64,000 bases of DNA from Yuukianura sp. NJ FZ-2021 (GCA_046563655.1 CM102290.1:15128001-15192000); one strand, 5' to 3'; positions 49,901-63,079 are shown, counted from the first letter of the stretch. Translations and numbers: made by a program. The notes: generated by a model from the letters alone, not told the origin.

Positions 49901-52900
49901 AAAGGTGGGACGGAGATGTGGTGGATACTGCGAGTTTAAAAATGTAGCAAGTAGTTACCTCCTCCTTGCTCTGCGTCAGTTCATCCTCCAGTTGAGAAAC
50001 ACGTTCCAGGGCTACCCGGAGGCGCTCTCTCACCTGAAACCAAATAACACTTCTAGTCAAACATTCAAAAGTGGAGGGATCAAGTGCCTCATGTCAACAC
50101 AAACACTTTCTCCACTCTCTTTCAACGTTTGTAAAGGGGAAAGTTGTGAAAGGGAAAGTTTTGTTGATAGTTTCCTATTCAGACTGCTCCTTCATTTCCG
50201 TTTCCCTTCCAGATTAGGAAGTGGGAAGTTGTGAGGGGGACTTAAAAGTTACTTTTTCGTCGAGGGCCTTGTGATGCTCGAAGAGGGACTTGAGGGCCTT
50301 GAGGACCTCCACTTCGGAGGAGACTCCGGACTGGGCTGCCGCCTGTCTCTTGACGACCGTCATGCGAAGTGACCTCTCATGGCGTGACACGAGACACTCC
50401 AAGTGCTCCAGCAGTAACTGGAAAAAGTTACACAAGTTACAATCCCTCCGAGATACTTCCACCATCATTTGAATATTCTAATTCCACAAATGGAATATTC
50501 CACTCTCAACTTTCTCCATCTCCACTCCAATCCTCATCTCCAACTTCCATACGGACCAAATCAAACGAGATCCATTCCTCAACTTACGCGTGTGTTATTC
50601 CGTTCAGCCTTCAGTTCACAGATCTCCTCCTCTCGCTCCAGAAGATGCTCTCGGGCTTGGTTCAACTCCTTCGTCAGACTCGCAAATTCCTAAAACAAAC
50701 CAAATGTTAAGCATCTCTTACATCGTCAACACAACCTTCACTCTAGTCCAGAGGAATCCAAGAGGTTGGAGTTGGCGGGAGTAACTAAATGTAGTGTTGA
50801 GCATTTGGAAGAGAAAGTCTAACTTTCGTATCCGTCTGGCGGAGTGGAGATAAAAGTGTGAGAGAAGTTTCCTTTGATAATGGGATGTAATAAAGCCCAT
50901 TTAACACATCACAGCACAACACACTAACATCCCATCTAAACAAAATAACTTCCTCCTCTCACCCACCTCCAAACTTTACTTTTCAAATCAAACCACCCAA
51001 ATCCAATGGAACCACTCCAAGTTAAGGAAAGTTAGACATGTTGTAGGTTGGCCACTTGGGGACAAAGTTGTAAATGGTCAAGGTCGTTGAGAGAGAGGAG
51101 ACATTGTTTATTCAAGACATGAGTTGTAGGTGGACAGACTTAACTTTCTCTTTTCTCCACTCCCTCGTCAAGGAAAGGAAGAATGTAAGTTTGTAGTTGG
51201 GAGACAGCGGAGATGGGGAGAGTGATGACGAGAGTCATAAAGTTTGTGGCCCAACATGGCGCACGAGAGAAAGTGGACTGGGATCCTCCCATAAAAACAA
51301 ACCTCTCTCCTCCTAATCCCTCACAACCAAACATGTAAAATACTTTGACTCTCCCTCCAAAGAATTACAAAGGAAGTAGTAAGGTGGAACTTTGAAGAAA
51401 CAAGGATGGTTTTAGACAGGGAGCACTTTGGATTTGGAACAGAGGAGAGTACTCCTAAATCCCAGTCCAAGGGCCCACCAACTGCTCACTCTCTCAACAC
51501 TCCATCTCAAATTGGATTATTGGAAGTTATAGATTGGGAACATGCTTAGGAATTCCTTGCATGATTTTGTGTTAATGGGAATTAGGCCCTCTGAATACGC
51601 TCACAACGTCCCTTGTGCCTCTCTAACGCTTTCCACGCCAGTTGAACTGTGCAATTAGGCCCAACTACTCCTCATTCTCATCACAGTTCTCCACTCCCAG
51701 ATGAAACCATTACTTATGCAACTGAGCACTCCATATTCAATCAAACGAACTTGGAACTTACAAGTTGTAACTCTAGTCCACCTTATGACACTCCTTTCAC
51801 TCAAAGTGAAACTTCCAACGTCAAAGGGAGATTAGATAGTGGAAGAGCCAACAGATCAACTTGTTACTTTCACTCCAAACCCAAAGGTGACCATCACTCT
51901 GTTGTCTCTCCAAACAACTGTACAACTCTGCCACAATCATCTTATGCTTTCACTCCCTCATCTTCACAACCTTGTCTCTAATTCCACTCATCTCACACCA
52001 CAACCACACTCAAAATCAACATTCTACAACAAACTACAATGTCACTCTGCCTCAACTTCAATTAGTCTGCAACAGGTCTCCTTTTCATCTCCAACCACAT
52101 TTACACAAACTACAAATTAAGTTCAACTTTTTACAATGATTGGCTCAAACCATGGTCGGAAAACTACGAAATTAATCAACTCTTCAAAACATTGAGCTCC
52201 CTCTCACTTTTAGAATTAGAGAGAAAGTGAAAAACGCACCTCCCTCCCTGGACATGGTGGAATTGGAGGAAAGACTGCGACGTTCCCGTTGACCTCTTGA
52301 CCCCTTCCCCCCTTCACTCCTCGTTGTGCAGGGCCCCCTTCACCACTTCCAAGGGACACAACTGGAACTGGGAGGTGGTTCCTCGGTGGGGCGTTGACAT
52401 CCACATTGGAAATGTGGTTGAAATTGTGAGGAAGGGGCTCTTCATTGGAATTGACATCTTGAGTTGTAGTTGTGTGGGACAGACGACTGGCTATCAAGGC
52501 ATAGCGATACTCGCTACTTGGATACACTCTCTTCCCACCAAGATTCCTCGCCAGTTGGACCAAGTTGTCGAAAGTGGGAGTAGTGGACGGTGGTCCATTC
52601 CTGTTGAGCCCCACTCCAGTCCCACCATGGTTGTTGTTGAGGAAGTTGGAATGGAGGGAGGGATGAGCTGGGCTGCCCAGAATGGGACTCAGCGTCGGCT
52701 CTCCATTGTCCAGGAGAGAAGTGACACTGGGCATTTGGACAGGATCTACAGACACTGGAGATAGGGAACACGTCTCTCCTCCATCCTTTCACTTTCCACA
52801 CTGAACCGGCAGACAGAGAGTGAAAGTGGAAAGGGGCAGGAGTAGTGCCAGCACAAAGTGGAATCTACCATATTCTCATCCAAATCACAACCAAAAGGTG

Positions 52901-54443
52901 AGACAGTGGAAGAGAAAGCGCCAAGAAAAGACCCATTCCTCTCTCTTTCAAAGGAACTTCCAATTTGAGCTACAATCCAAGGAAATACGAAGCCCCAAGG
53001 AATTCCCTTCCAACTTTTCATAAATTTCAAAAAGAACATGAACAATGCTGAGCATACAACTCAATTCTACTTCTTTCCACACCTTCCTTGAGCCCAAATG
53101 GAATGCGGCTACTCTCAACCACGTCAAAACCCAACTGGAACCTAACCCAAATGGACCATTTAGTCTCAACAAAACTTAGTCCAACGTAGCAGTTTGTAGT
53201 CTCACATTTACATAGGAGGACTCCTTAATTCCAAACGTGTTAAATTCCTCAATTTGTGATTCAATTAGTCAAAAGAGAAAGTAAAGTTTTGAGGAGGAGA
53301 GAGGAGAAATGAGTGATTTGTTGAAATTCGCTCATTCTGAAAGTGTTGATTGCCCAAATTCCGGTAAAACCCACATGTAAACTAAGGATTAAGTTTAAGG
53401 TTAAACATGAGTTGTGAAACCAAGTGTAGAAAAGAGAACCATTGTTATTTAAAAAAAAGAGAAAAGAAGTGAAAACTGGAAGTCCAATTGTGGTAGAATC
53501 CTTCCACTTTCCCCTAATTGTAAAAGTTAGTTTGACAAGAGGTTCAGTTTTAGATTTGTGAATGGGTCCAGAGATGGCAAAGTTACGTAAATTACGTTAT
53601 GGAAAAAACTTGATTTTCAATTGTTGCAGAAACAATGTTTATGATTGGATCGACTGGTTTCCTCCCTAAAGTTTCGGTTCGCACTTCGCAAGTTACAATT
53701 TCATTGTTGTCAGCTCCCATTTAATCGTTATTCACTTTATTGTAAGATTTGTCGTTTGAAACGTAGAAATTCGCTTGAAAAATACATAATGAAAACTCGA
53801 AACCCGGCAAAAGTATTACCGAAAAACCAATATTTGGGGTTTCGATTTGGGATTTGACGGAAAAAATTGAGAAAATAGTGGGCTGGACAATATTTTTTGT
53901 GTGACAATTTACACGTAATTTACGTTGTAATTTACAATGTAAGTTACGCTTTGCCATCCCTGAATGGGTCATTCTCCTTAACCTTAATTTGAAGGAGTTG
54001 GGTAAGTTGAATTGAGAAGAATAGGATTACTCTAAGGTTTTGAACTTGTTTACATTTTGTGTGGGATTCCGGAAGGAGATGATGCGGAATTGAGGTAAAT
54101 GAGGAACTGATTGACGTTTGTGTAACTGAAATGAACGATTGTAGAAAGTAGTGGAGGACAATGGAGAGTATGATGATATAAAGTGTTTAGTTACCTGTGG
54201 AAGACTAGCGGAGAGTTGTCTCGTGAGGGAGTCCCTCTCCTTGACACACTCTTGATACTTGACCTCTGCCTCTGAGAGTCGTTCCTGTGTCTCCCTGAGT
54301 GAGTCCATGAGCTTGTCCCTTTCGTCCAACATGGACACCATGAGCTGCTCAAAGTTAGCATCCTCTCCACCGAACTGGGAATTCCGCTGAGTGATCCCGT
54401 CCTCAGAGATCGTTGGCATCACATCGCACATCATATTCCACAT
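43908..54443 (-). CDS. Liprin-alpha: Liprin-alpha (coiled coils plus three SAM domains), about 16 exons
   Basis: [119 protein letters not shown] motifs [28 protein letters not shown] and [14 protein letters not shown] at 43910-43908. Confidence 0.97.
44446..44700. mobile_element. Dispersed ~230-bp AT-rich repeat family B, copy 1
   Basis: Shares AATAAACCTTTTCAGCTT...TTTCACTGA...CAATTTGTTT.AGTGAAA with 47715-47930 and 60881-61120. Confidence 0.7.
46436..46870. repeat. Three ~35-bp repeats followed by a 30-bp minisatellite (about 10 copies) containing TTAGGTTAGG
   Basis: Unit TTAGATTAGGTTAGG(A/G)TAGGATTCGAATTC from about 46556 to 46870; (TCGAGCAAA.TGCTCGAGGAATAT.CTGGAA) units just upstream. 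Confidence 0.9.
47715..47930. mobile_element. Dispersed repeat family B, copy 2
   Basis: Colinear similarity to 44446-44700. Confidence 0.7.
52240..52734 (-). CDS. Candidate alternative first coding exon of liprin-alpha (165 codons)
   Basis: Open frame from ATG 52734 ([13 protein letters not shown]...PPCPGRE) ends at a GAG|GTGCGT phase-0 donor, matching the phase-0 acceptor of the EFASLTKE exon at 50689. Confidence 0.55.
53569..53962. mobile_element. hAT-type MITE with perfect 8-bp TSD
   Basis: TIRs CAGAGATGGCAAAG/CTTTGCCATCCCTG; AATGGGTC duplicated at 53561-53568 and 53963-53970. Confidence 0.92.
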
Positions 54444-54964
54444 TGTACAACAGTCTCAGTCCAACGTCACTCTGTCCACTGACGTCTGGACACAGGTCAC
54501 ATCGTCCCTTCTCCTGTCAACCAAACAACTGATTAGTGCAGAGTACTAATGAATGTATGAGAATGGGTCTTACATGTCCATGTAGCTGTGTCCACTGGTA
54601 GATGCACTCCTGACTAGAATGGTAGTGGAGTTGACATGGAGTGACACTGACACTTGATTCAGTTGAGGAGAGGCAGTTGTGTGTAGTTCCAGTGAGTCCG
54701 ATTGACAGAGGGAGGGGAGGCCAAGGGTCTTTTCTTTCTCACTCAAAAGTCCCTCTGTCGGTCAACAACCAAAACAAAAAGTGTTTCAATTTCCCCACTA
54801 CACAGCACCACTCTCACCCACATGCACACATGGGCAATATCAATTACATTTACAACACAAATTACTATAAAATTATAAAAACATATAATCACATTTTATA
54901 ATCACTTTTTAATAAGTCTTACAAATTGTAAACTTACAATCTAATCTAGGTTAGGTAATCTAAT

Positions 54965-55345
54965 CAAGAAAATTAGAATTTTTAAATTTTTAAAGTAAAG
55001 GTGTTGCTACACTCAAGAAAATTAGAATTTTTAAATTTTTACATTAAAGGTGTTGCTACACTCGAAAAAAAATTGGGATTTTTTAATTTTTAAAGTAAAA
55101 GTGTTGCTACACTCAAGAAAATTAGAATTTTTAAATTTTTAAAGTAAAGGTGTTGCTAGACTCGAAAGCATTGGGATTTTTAAAGTAAAGGTGTGGCTAA
55201 GTCGGAAAAATTGGAATTTTTAAAGTAAAGGTGGCTCTACACTTGGAAAAATGGAATTATTAAATTTTTAAAGTAAAGCTGGTTCTATACTTGGAAAAAT
55301 TCGAATTTTTCAATTTTTATAGTAAAGGTGTTGCTAGACTCGGAA
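54965..55345. repeat. About 49-bp degenerate tandem repeat (about 8 copies)
   Basis: CAAGAAAATTAGAATTTTTAAATTTTTAAAGTAAAGGTGTTGCTACACT, period 49 (54965 to 55014), decaying rightwards. Confidence 0.85.
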
Positions 55346-55745
55346 AAGGAGTTCGATTTGAGACGTCACCCAGTACAGACTTGTCACTGAGTTCCTCTCC
55401 TTCAGCCTCTATTCTCACCAAACTATTGTAGCTATTAAATCCTGCAACGGAAGTTGCTACATTTTGTTTAGAAAGTCTAATAAGTCTAATTGGAACATAC
55501 GAATTCTCTGCCGCTGACCTAGCACAGTTTACCAATCTAAAAATTATTTTCGAACTCAAATTTTCAAAAATTCTGGAATTGCCGCTTCCGCGGGACAATA
55601 CCACGCCCATAAATGAAAAGCATCTCAACATTGTCATCCACGGTCTCTCACTACATCAGCTTTCCACGAAATCAATTTATGATTGGATTCAACTACAGCT
55701 GAAAGTGAAAGTAACAGTTATTCGTGTACGTGCATTTGGTAAAAA

Positions 55746-56665
55746 AACAGATATGGCGATAACCCCGGGAAATCGCCCTCGCAGATCTGCAACAGATATG
55801 GCGATAACCCCGGGAAATCGCCCTCGCAGATCTGCAACAGATATGGCGATAACCCCGGGAAATCGCCCTCGCAGATCTGCAACAGATATGGCGATAACCC
55901 CGGGAAATCGCCCTCGCAGATCTGCAACAGATATGGCGATAACCCCGGGAAATCGCCCTCGCAGATCTGCAACAGATATGGCGATAACCCCGGGAAATCG
56001 CCCTCGCAGATCTGCAACAGATGTGGCGATAACCCCGGGAAATCGCCCTCGCAGATCTGCAACAGATGTGGCGATAACCCCGGGAAATCGCCATCGCAGA
56101 TCTGCAACAGATGTGGCGATAACCCCGGGAAATCGCCATCGCAGAGCTGCAACAGATGTGGCAATAACCCCGGGAAATCGCCCTCGCAGATCTGCAACAG
56201 ATGTGGCGATAACCCCGGGAAATCGCCATCGCAGAGCTGCAACAGATGTGGCAATAACCCCGGGAAATCGCCCTCGCAGATCCGCAACAGATGTGGCGAT
56301 AACCCCGGGAAATCGCCCTCGCAGATCGGCAACAGATGTGGCGGTAACCCCGGGAAATCGCCCTCGCAGATCTGCAACAGATGTGGCGATAACCCCGGGA
56401 AATCGCCCTCGCAGATCTGCAACAGATATGGCGATAACCCCGGGAAATCGCCATCGCAGAGCTGCAACAGATATGGCGATAACCCCGGGAAATCGCCATC
56501 GCAGAGCTGCAACAGATGTGGCAATAACCCCGGGAAATCGCCCTCGCAGATCTGCAACAGATGTGGCAATAACCCCGGGAAATCGCCCTCGCAGATCTGC
56601 AACAGGTATGGCGATAACCCCGGGAAATCGCCCTCGCAGATCGGCAACAGATGTGGCGGTAACCA
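55746..56665. repeat. 45-bp GC-rich minisatellite (about 20 copies)
   Basis: Unit GCAACAGAT(A/G)TGGCGATAACCCCGGGAAATCGCC(C/A)TCGCAGA(T/G)CT; no spacers. Confidence 0.97.
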
Positions 56666-57835
56666 AACCTAACCTCGCAGATCTCCAAACCCTGCCAACG
56701 GACTTTGTAATGCAAAATTTTCAAAAATGTCAAAAACAGGCAAACTCTTGGCAATCGCCTTTCTAACGCAGAATCATGAAAATATAATACTGCATGGAGA
56801 TTCTGAACATGTTTAAAAACATGAACTTGGAAAAAAATTGAACTTTGAAGAAAAAATTAACTTTGCAAAAAAAATGACTGTGAGAAAATAATGATGGTGG
56901 AAAAAAAATTAAGGTGGGAAAATAAAATGAACTTTGAAATAAAAATGTCACTAGGAACCCAGCATTACAAGTCCAAAATTTTCCGACAATGTCACCTTTT
57001 GAAAGGATATAGCATAGGCATCTCAGATGACCTCTTGCCCCAAGACAGACTCCGGAGTAAGTCAAAAAAAAATTTCGAAAACGTCCCTCGCAATTGAAAC
57101 AAATAGCTCCATTTCTAACTCACACTTGAATACGAAAATGCAACCTGCACCGTCCAGTTTCCCGTCCGATGAGCCAAGTACATCAACGTCCGTCATTTTG
57201 CATCATTCTTCCAATAATGATATCACTTTACAACCGAGGGAGGCCGAGCTCACCTCGCTCTTACTACAAGGTCACATTCCAACCCTTCCTACGGACGTGT
57301 TGGAGGCCATTGACCCTTGTGACCCCAGTGAACGGTCCCAGGAAAATAAACCCACACATGAAGGCCCAAATGACAAGATTTTCGTGCGAAAAATGAAAAA
57401 GAAGTCATCAAAAGGAGTATCCGCTTCCAGCATAGATCAGCAAATTCTGCATCCAAATTCTAGTTTACAATATTTAACTTACAATTTGTAACTTTATTAG
57501 TCTTACAAATTGTAACACAAATTGTAATTGTTTTATTAGTCTTACAAATATCGTTACAAATTGTAACTTACAATTTGTAAGTTTGTAAAGACCAAGAGAT
57601 TTGTTTTGTTTCAAAAATTTAAAAATTAAAAGTTGCAATTTTTAAATTTTTAAAAACGTTTTGACCCATCAAATTTTGAAGATGTTAGGACGACGTTTTT
57701 GGGATGTTTCGTATCCGGGGTATTATAATTCCTTAGTCTACGTACCATTAAAATAATGAGACATTTAACCACTTCTGAACAACTTTTATTTTAATTAATT
57801 GGATTATTTAGTAACCTTGCCTGTTGGGAGTAGTT

Positions 57836-60800
57836 TCAGTCAGGGGATGCTGTATGTGGAGAAGGTGAGCCATCTGAGCTGGACCCACTGTGATTTGACC
57901 CCCTGGCTGGTGACCCATTCCGTGAGCCAGGGGACCGTTCAGCCGAAGAAGCACGAGAGCCTTCCGGAGAGTGGGCTGCGGAATGGTCAGACTTCGGGGA
58001 CCCGCCTGGGGACGCATTGGGTGACCCTGACCTAGAGCGGGACCCACGTCCCGAATGAGCTGGGGATCCTTGTCTGGATCCAGAGGCGGAGCGTGACCTT
58101 GACCTTGACAAGGACCGTGAAGGGGGTGGGGACTTGGAGCGTGACTGAGAGCGTGACTTGGACCTTGATTGAGACCGTGAGCGTGAGCGTGACTTGGAGG
58201 GTGACCTTGAACTCTTCCTTGACCCTTTCTCGGACGGTGATCGAGAGCGTGAGCCACCTTCTGAACTCGAACCGCTGATTTTCCTTGCTCTCTTCTTCTG
58301 CGGCGCAGTGCTGCCTTCAGACTCAGATCCAGATACAATTCTCCCACCTCCACCACCTTCACTCATCTCCCTAAACATTATCAAATTAAATCACCACAAA
58401 GCAAAACTAAAAAGAACGTTAAACATTTAAAAGTGAAGTTTAAAAAGTCAAAGTTACCCTCCGCTGTCAGGCTGTGTTTTCTTTTCCTTTCCAGAATCGT
58501 CACTGTCATCTTCAGACGTAGAAATCGTTTCCTTAGACACAATTTTCTTACGCTGTTTCTCACTGAGTCCGTCGCCGTCACTGGCTCTGCGTCCTTTGGC
58601 CCCTCTTCGGCCTCCTTTCGGTGGAGCTCGTCTGCCACGCCGTCTTCCACGCGGTTCGCCTTCTCCGTCGCCTCCAGTCGACTTGCGACTCTTGCGGCTC
58701 CGCACTTTCGGCTCAGCATTCTCATCTCCAGAAAGAGAACCATCGGAAACATAGTCATCTTCTCGCTTTCTTCCTCTCTTCCTACTCGGTTTCTCTGGCG
58801 GAGCTTCAATAAACACCAAAGCATTCTTCGTCTTTTCCTTAAACTCCTCCCTCCTTCGCAGCATTTCCTCCTGCTGCTTCTGCTTCTGCTCAGCCAGACG
58901 TTGCTGCAACAAAAACAAAACGTAAATCCAAACTACAAAATCAGTCAACTAAAAAGCCAAGGAAAGTAACCTGTTCCTCCATTTGCTTCTGCTTGAAGGC
59001 CTGTCTCTCCTCTTCCTGTTTCTTCCTCATCATCTTCTCCTCCTCATCCACTTTTCTGGCTCTTGCGACGTGGTACTGGGCTTGAGACAACAAATCCTGA
59101 CACTGTCGTGCCTCATGGGCACAGAGATGCAGATCATACTTGTTCTTGTCTCCGTTGACACAGAGATACTGAAAGTACTTGTGGGCCAAAGTCAGTTCAT
59201 GCACGGCAGCCAACACCAACGTCAAGTTAGACTTGTCGTCACGCAGAATCTGAGTTGCCAGTTTCCGCAGAATAAGGGCCAAATTGTAAATGATCAAAGT
59301 TTCAGTCGGTGCGACACGTCGAGCCTAAGAGTAAAAATTCAAATGTCAACTTTCAAGTGCTAAATATTTCAAAATCTGTTGAAAAATCTAAGAGAAATGA
59401 ATGAAAACTGACTCTGAGGAGTGCCGTCTTTGCTTCCCTGAGTTTCCCGTTTTTGTAGTGAGCTCTGGCCAAGTACTGGAGAATGTCGATGGGAGCGTAC
59501 TGGTAAAACTTCTTGATGCAGTTCTCGTACATTTGAACAGCACTCACATACTGACGCTGTTCCACGTACACATGCGCAATGTTGATCCAAACATCGCTGA
59601 ACTCCGCTGTCGCCTCTCTTACTTGGGCAAAAACATCTCGAGCTTCACTGATGCAGCCCTTGTGGGCCAAAATGGCTCCAATCCCGTTGGCAGCCCAAAT
59701 GTTCTTCGGTTCATTCCGGAGGACCTTCAGACACAAAAAATACAATTTGTATTTTTAATTTATTATTTATTTATTATTAATTATATTTTATTGTTGAAAA
59801 GTACCTGTTTGTAGATGGCGAGTGCTCTGTCGATGTGTCTCTTTTCTTTCTCCTTGTCTTTTCCAGACATGTGCAGAGTATGAAGCCACACATTTCCCAA
59901 AGCCAACATTGAGTAGGCATCATTGGACGTAGTGGGACCCTAAGCAAAACCACAACAAAATCAACGCTTTTCCCCTCAACTAACAAATTTTGAACATTTT
60001 GAAAAGAATGTTACGTTGAGAATTCGTTCAAACTTCTTTTGTCCAGGGCCCCACTCCAGTTTGCTCAAATGGAGGTTTCCGATGAGAGACCAAGCATCGG
60101 GGTGGTCGTTGCTCAGCTGAAGAGCGTCTTTGAACCAATCAGAGGCCTCGTAGATCTGCCCCTTGTCACGCGCCATGCACCCAAGGCGCAGGTAACCTCA
60201 AACACAAATTAACAAAGTTAATTAAGTTAAAATTAATTAAGAGTGGCTGACTTACAGTCAATGTAGTTGGGATGCTGCTTGAGAATGTCTTTGTAGAGCT
60301 TCTCTGCCTCTCCGAAGTTGCACATGGCCTCATGCAGTCTGCCCATGTTGTAAGAAGTCGTCACTGCAATGGAGTTGTAGTAATTCTTGTCGTTCTTCCC
60401 AGCCTCCTTCTTCGACCGACGATAAGACTCTTCAAAGTACTTCAAAGCGTCAGAGTAGTTCCCAAGGCTAAACAGACAAATTGAAACAAATTGAAATTAA
60501 AAGTGACTTATGAAGTGAGTTAATTTGAAAACATACCGATAGTACAAGACTCCAATGTTGTTGTACAATTCAGGTGGGACTGTGAGTTTCACTTTGTCGT
60601 GGAACAGTTTGACTGCAATTTTGTAGCTCTTGAGACTGTCGTTGAGGTCGGTTGGTTCGAGGATCTGAGCCAACTCAATCCAGGCCTCCACGTCATCCGG
60701 CTGTCTCACAGTCACTTTCTTCAAGTAGTCCTTGGCAATGTCTCGCTTGTTCTGAGCACTGGAGTTCGCATACAGACTCCCTAGGATCTTCATCGTCTCG

Positions 60801-62582
60801 TAGTTGTCTGCCTCACATTTTAACACTTTCTCAAAGCAAATGGCAGCCTAAGAACAAAACACACAGTTAGCATAACCAAATCAGTGTCACAACTGAAATG
60901 TTTCATTTTTTAGTGAAAAATGAAAAAAACTGAAACATACTTGAAATGAAATAAACCTTTTCAGCTTATTTCACTGATAAGCTGACCTTTCAATTTCTTT
61001 CACTTTCTTTCAATTTGTTTCAGTGAAATTAAAAAAAACATAGATGAAATCAGTTAATTTCCCTTTTTTCAGTTTCTTTCATTTTTTCAGTTTTTTTTCA
61101 TTGATTTCAAATTCTTTCACAGAAAGGAAAAAAACTACCCGAGCCTGAAATATATACCAACACTGAACCAAATGTGGCACAATGTTTGTGGACTTACGTT
61201 TTCCGTGTCTCCTCTGTAGATGTACATCTGACCAAGTCCAAAGTTCGGAAGGACGAAATTGGGAGCAGCAAATTGCGTGGATTGATAGTAGTATTGAAAT
61301 GCTTGATCATAGTCCGCCTATCACACAAAACACAGTTCTTAATTGAAGTTATTGATGTTAGTCTGGGCGTAAAGACAGTTACCTGCATATGAAAGGAGCG
61401 TGCGAGTTGATAGCAGCTTTCAGCCCGCATGTACTCGATTTCCGTGTTGTGAAAGGCATGGAGTGCGAGTTGCTGTACTTTTTGGTAGTCTCTCTTGAAG
61501 AAGAAGTGGTCTGCAAGGTGATTGAGAACCATTGGATTGGCAGGGTCCACTGTGTATGCTCTGGACAGGAGTTGAACTCCTTTCCGAATGGACTCCCTCC
61601 CGCGGATGTTCATGAAGTGGATAGCCATTCCAATCAAAGCTCCAATGCAGTTCGGGTTGATTTCCAGTGCTCGAGAGAAGGCCAGTTCTGCCTTGTCCAT
61701 GTTATTCAGTTTGAGATAGCAGTGACCCAGACCCACTCTCACGTCAGCTGGACAGTCAGGCTTCGTCCTGATCGCCTTCTTGTAGAAAGTCAATGCCCCT
61801 TTGTAGTCCTGAAACAGTCCATAGGGAAGAATACATTGGTGTGGAGTAAATTTTATATAAATATAATATAATAAATATTATAAATATTGGCATACCTTCT
61901 TGTTGTAAGCAATGCATCCTTTGCCTAGTAGTGCTGGAATGCAGTTGGGTGAATTGGAAAGAACAAAGTTGAATTGAGCGTCTGCCTGTTCCTGCTTGTC
62001 CCCTTCCAGGAGACAGAAGAAGGCTCTCCCAATCAAATGATTCTGATCGTACATGAGTATTTTATCTGCAGTGGAGTACAAAAGTGTGGCTTTGTGGAAC
62101 AGTTCCTTCTTCTTGTCCTTTTGTTTCTCCTTGGCAGCCACTTTCATGTAGTATGCTGCCAGACTGTCCAGGATCCTCATGTGTTCTGTGTCATTTCCCT
62201 TCTCCATGTGCACAGCGTCTCTCCTCCAGTTCTCCAGAATCTTGGCATAGTCCTCTCCTCTGCCTTGCTTGTAGTACTCGATCTAATAAGTAAAAGTGAT
62301 TGATTACTAAGATGTAAGAAGTGATGAGTGTTAAGAGTAGGAACTTACAGCGACATTGAACCATACTCCCATGACAGCATTTTCCTGTTTGAGGATGGAG
62401 CTGATTTCAGCCTCATCTGGAAGGGGTTGAGAGCAGTCTAGTTCGATAACCTAGAAGTGATGGATTTAAGTGTGAGTTAGATGTAAAGAGTAATTGATAA
62501 TTGGTTTGATCAAAGGAACAATCACCTCTAGAGAGTCCCCGTGCAAGGGGATCTCCACTGTATTTCCCTGTTGGAACAGCAT
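57836..62582 (-). CDS. CTR9: RNA polymerase-associated protein CTR9 (PAF1 complex TPR subunit), about 14 exons
   Basis: GCCACCATG start; [132 protein letters not shown]; Ser/Arg-rich tail. Confidence 0.97.
60881..61120. mobile_element. Dispersed repeat family B, copy 3 (CTR9 intron)
   Basis: Starts CAGTGTCACAACTG, like CAGTGTTACAACTG at 44447; same core sequence. Confidence 0.7.
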
Positions 62583-62766
62583 GGTGGCTACCAAAGTGCC
62601 GGTAGAAGTTGAAGGCCTACCCCTGGCCTAATGGGACATGAACACTTTATGAAAACGTATGTTGATTGCTACTGTTGACAACTGACACTCACAATCACTG
62701 TTCACAATCACTCAATTAGTAATCGTTGATTAGACGAAGACGAAGTGTAGACAGACGGGTCTGACT

Positions 62767-63065
62767 ATTCCTCGGAATCCTCGGAAACCCCGGAATCCTC
62801 GGAATTTTTTTCTATTCCTCGGAATCCTGGAATTTTTTTTTTTCGAATTCCTCGGAATTACTTCCCCGTTACTTCCCCAGCCGGGGAAATGCTGGGGAAG
62901 TGTGGGGAAATGAACAATAAGAATTCGTAGGCCTCTGGAATTTTCAAAAAGTGCACAGGTCACCCCAAGGTCAGCATTTCGACTTTTTTGAATTCCTCGG
63001 AATTTCTTCCCCATTACTTCCCCAGCCGGGGAAATGCTGGGGAAGTGTGGGGAAATGAAAAATAA
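62767..63065. repeat. Duplicated ~70-bp block plus TTCCTCGGAA sub-repeats, probably a transposon end
   Basis: TTACTTCCCCAGCCGGGGAAATGCTGGGGAAGTGTGGGGAAATGAA occurs twice, near 62869 and 63014. Confidence 0.75.
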
Positions 63066-63079
63066 GAATAAGAATAAAC

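Noticed and set aside
50718..50900. Another alternative liprin first exon
   Set aside because: The implied intron would be about 30 nt, well below the local minimum, and the phase does not fit.
55689..56766. Four long overlapping ORFs (309-395 aa) on both strands
   Set aside because: They arise because the 45-bp monomer is a multiple of three and lacks stops in most frames. There is no independent coding evidence for the minus-strand frames.
57808..59814. Alternative-frame and antisense ORFs over CTR9 (similar ones over liprin, MICAL and cathepsin D)
   Set aside because: These are shadow frames of real exons, with no motifs or splice structure of their own.
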